DNA from: Euglena gracilis
Taxonomy: Eukaryota
Length of the DNA: 64,000 nucleotides
Direction: 5' to 3'
Assembly: GCA_039621445.1 (NCBI GenBank)
Contig: CP154954.1
Location: forward strand, 34,135,737 to 34,199,736
Shown here: in pieces, positions 61,001 to 64,000 of the stretch
Position numbering within the stretch: the first letter of the stretch is position 1
Layout: every line of letters begins with the position of its first letter
Notes under the pieces: generated by a model
Databases searched by the model: none
What the model saw: the letters and a program-made list of their open reading frames with translations, nothing else
Told to the model about the DNA's origin: nothing
Made by a program: the position numbers and the translations under genes

Positions 61001-64000
61001 AGCCGCAATTTTGCCCGCGGGGGGCGTGCGTAAAACGCAGCCGTTACCGCCCGGGAGGCGCAAAATAGCACGTAAGTAACGGACGCCCCCAAAAAACGTC
61101 ATTTTTCGGCCGTTTTCGGCCGAAATCGGCTGCGCCGGCGCTCCAAAAACGAGCGCTCTGCCCCGGCTAGAGGTCGGCGATCCTTTACCTAACTGTTGCG
61201 AAGGGCGGCGGGCGGATAGCCGCAATTTTGCCCGCGGCGGGCGTGCGTAAAACGCAGCCGTTACCGCCCGGGAGGCGCAAAATAGCACGTAAGTAACGGA
61301 CGCCCCCAGAAACGTCATTTTTCGGCCGTTTTCGGCCGAAGTCGGCTGCGCCGGCGCTCCAAAAACGAGCGCTCTGCCCCGGCTAGAGGTCGGCGATCCT
61401 TTACCTAACTGTTGCGAAGGGCGGCGGGCGGATAGCCGCAATTTTGCCCGCGGCGGGCGTGCGTAAAACGCAGCCGTTACCGCCCGGGAGGCGCAAAATA
61501 GCACGTAAGTAACGGACGCCCCAGAAACGTCATTTTTCGGCCGTTTTCGGCCGAAATCGGCTGCGCCGGCGCTAAAAAAAACGAGCGCTCTGCCCCGGCT
61601 AGAGGTCGGCGATCCTTTACCTAACTGTTGCGAAGGGCGGCGGGCGGATAGCCGCAATTTTGCCCGCGGCGGGCGTGCGTAAAACGCAGCCGTTACCGCC
61701 CGGGAGGCGCAAAATAGCACGTAAGTAACGGACGCCCCCAGAAACGTCATTTTTCGGCCGTTTTCGGCCGAAATCGGCTGCGCCGGCGCTCCAAAAACGA
61801 GCGCTCTGCCCCGGCTAGAGGTCGGCGATCCTTTACCTAACTGTTGCGAAGGGCGGCGGGCGGATAGCCGCAATTTTGCCCGCGGCGGCGTGCGTAAAAC
61901 GCAGCCGTTACCGCCCGGGAGGCGCAAAATAGCACGTAAGTAACGGACGCCCCCAGAAACGTCATTTTTCGGCCGTTTTCGGCCGAAATCGGCTGCGCCG
62001 GCGCTCCAAAAACGAGCGCTCTGCCCCGGCTAGAGGTCGGCGATCCTTTACCTAACTGTTGCGAAGGGCGGCGGGCGGATAGCCGCAATTTTGCCCGCGG
62101 CGGGCGTGCGTAAAACGCAGCCGTTACCGCCCGGGAGGCGCAAAATAGCACGTAAGTAACGGACGCCCCCAGAAACGTCATTTTTCGGCCGTTTTCGGCC
62201 GAAATCGGCTGCGCCGGCGCTCCAAAAACGAGAGCTCTGCCCCGGCTAGAGGTCGGCGCTCCTTTACCTAACTGTTGCGAAGGGCGGCGGGCGGATAGCC
62301 GCAATTTTGCCCGCGGGGGCGTGCGTAAAACGCAGCCGTTACCGCCCGGGAGGCGCAAAATAGCACGTAAGTAACGGACGCCCCCAGAAACGTCATTTTT
62401 CGGCCGTTTTCGGCCGAAATCGGCTGCGCCGGCGCTCCAAAAACGAGCGCTCTGCCCCGGCTAGAGGTCGGCGATCCTTTACCTAACTGTTGCGAAGGGC
62501 GGCGGGCGGATAGCCGCAATTTTGCCCGCGGCGGGCGTGCGTAAAACGCAGCCGTTACCGCCCGGGAGGCGCAAAATAGCACGTAAGTAACGGACGCCCC
62601 CAGAAACGTCATTTTTCGGCCGTTTTCGGCCGAAATCGGCTGCGCCGGCGCTCCAAAAACGAGCGCTCTGCCCCGGCTAGAGGTCGGCGATCCTTTACCT
62701 AACTGTTGCGAAGGGCGGCGGGCGGATAGCCGCAATTTTGCCCGCGGGGGCGTGCGTAAAACGCAGCCGTTACCGCCCGGGAGGCGCAAAATAGCACGTA
62801 AGTAACGGACGCCCCCAGAAACGTCATTTTTCGGCCGTTTTCGGCCGAAATCGGCTGCGCCGGCGCTCCAAAAAGGAGGGCGCTCTGCCCCGGCTAGAGG
62901 TCGGCGATCCTTTACCTAACTGTTGCGAAGGGCGGCGGGCGGATAGCCGCAATTTTGCCCGCGGCGGGCGTGCGTAAAACGCAGCCGTTACCGCCCGGGA
63001 GGCGCAAAATAGCACGTAAGTAACGGACGCCCCCAGGAACGTCATTTTTCGGCCGTTTTCGGCCGAAATCGGCTGCGCCGGCGCTCCAAAAACGAGCGCT
63101 CTGCCCCGGCTAGAGGTCGGCGATCCTTTACCTAACTGTTGCGAAGGGCGGCGGGCGGATAGCCGCAATTTTGCCCGCGGCGGGCGTGCGTAAAACGCAG
63201 CCGTTACCGCCCGGGAGGCGCAAAATAGCACGTAAGTAACGGACGCCCCCAGAAACGTCATTTTTCGGCCGTTTTCGGCCGAAATCGGCTGCGCCGGCGC
63301 TCCAAAAACGAGCGCTCTGCCCCGGCTAGAGGTCGGCGTCCCTTTACCTAACTGTTGCGAAGGGCGGCGGGCGGATAGCCGCAATTTTGCCCGCGGCGGG
63401 CGTGCGTAAAACGCAGCCGTTACCGCCCGGGAGGCGCAAAATAGCACGTAAGTAACGGACGCCCCAGAAAAAACATTTTTCGGCCGTTTTCGGCCGAAAT
63501 CGGCTGCGCCGGCGCTCCAAAAACGAGCGCTCTGCCCCGGCTAGAGGTCGGCGATCCTTTACCTAACTGTTGCGAAGGGCGGCGGGCGGATAGCCGCAAT
63601 TTTGCCCGCGGCGGGCGTGCGTAAAACGCAGCCGTTACCGCCCGGGAGGCGCAAAATAGCACGTAAGTAACGGACGCCCCAGATACGTCATTTTTCGGCC
63701 GTTTTCGGCCGAAATCGGCTGCGCCGGCGCTCCAAAAACGAGCGCTCTGCCCCGGCTAGAGGTCGGCGATCCTTTACCTAACTGTTGCGAAGGGCGGCGG
63801 GCGGATAGCCGCAATTTTGCCCGCGGCGGGCGTGTGTAAAACGCAGCCGTTACCGCCCGGGAGGCGCAAAATAGCACGTAAGTAACGGACGCCCCCAGAA
63901 ACGTCATTTTTCGGCCGTTTTCGGCCGAAATCGGCTGCGCCGGCGCTCCAAAAACGAGCGCTCTGCCCCGGCTAGAGGTCGGCGATCCTTTACCTAACTG
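43027..64000 (-). repeat. ~216-bp tandem satellite, block 4 (reverse orientation, subfamily B; diverged with higher-order structure to ~54 kb, homogeneous after)
   Basis: Reverse-complement monomers start after the T-tract at 43026-43039 and run off the window edge. Confidence 0.97.

Noticed and set aside
28549-64000. Dozens of long ORFs with a 72-aa repeat (MTFLGASVTYVLFCASRAV...), also throughout 1-15860
   Set aside because: 216 bp is divisible by 3 and one frame lacks stops. Frames break at random indels and follow array orientation. There is no sign of coding constraint.

Overview
Eukaryotic repetitive DNA with no host genes. About 51 kb is a GC/CpG-rich tandem satellite with a ~216-bp monomer, which switches orientation near 6193 and 43030. 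A full-length 12.7-kb Ty3/Gypsy LTR retrotransposon (15861-28548, minus strand) interrupts it, with ~790-bp TG...CA LTRs, a 4-bp GCCG target-site duplication, PBS, PPT and the order gag-PR-RT-RNaseH-IN-chromodomain. The standout observation is that between gag and the protease the element carries two tandem DNA methyltransferase-like domains. One is a C5-cytosine MTase (FCGKG / PC / ENP motifs). The other is a Dam-like amino(N6-adenine)-MTase whose NPPW catalytic motif is hidden by a compensated frameshift. Also seen: a tandem array of LTR-end/PBS/hairpin units, a nested 685-bp solo-LTR-like insertion in pol, a satellite subfamily switch at the element, and an amplified in-place micro-inversion that marks higher-order repeats. 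Almost all ORFs in the supplied track are artefacts of the 72-codon stop-free satellite frame. The coding region has many frameshifts, often in homopolymers, which could be decay or sequencing error.
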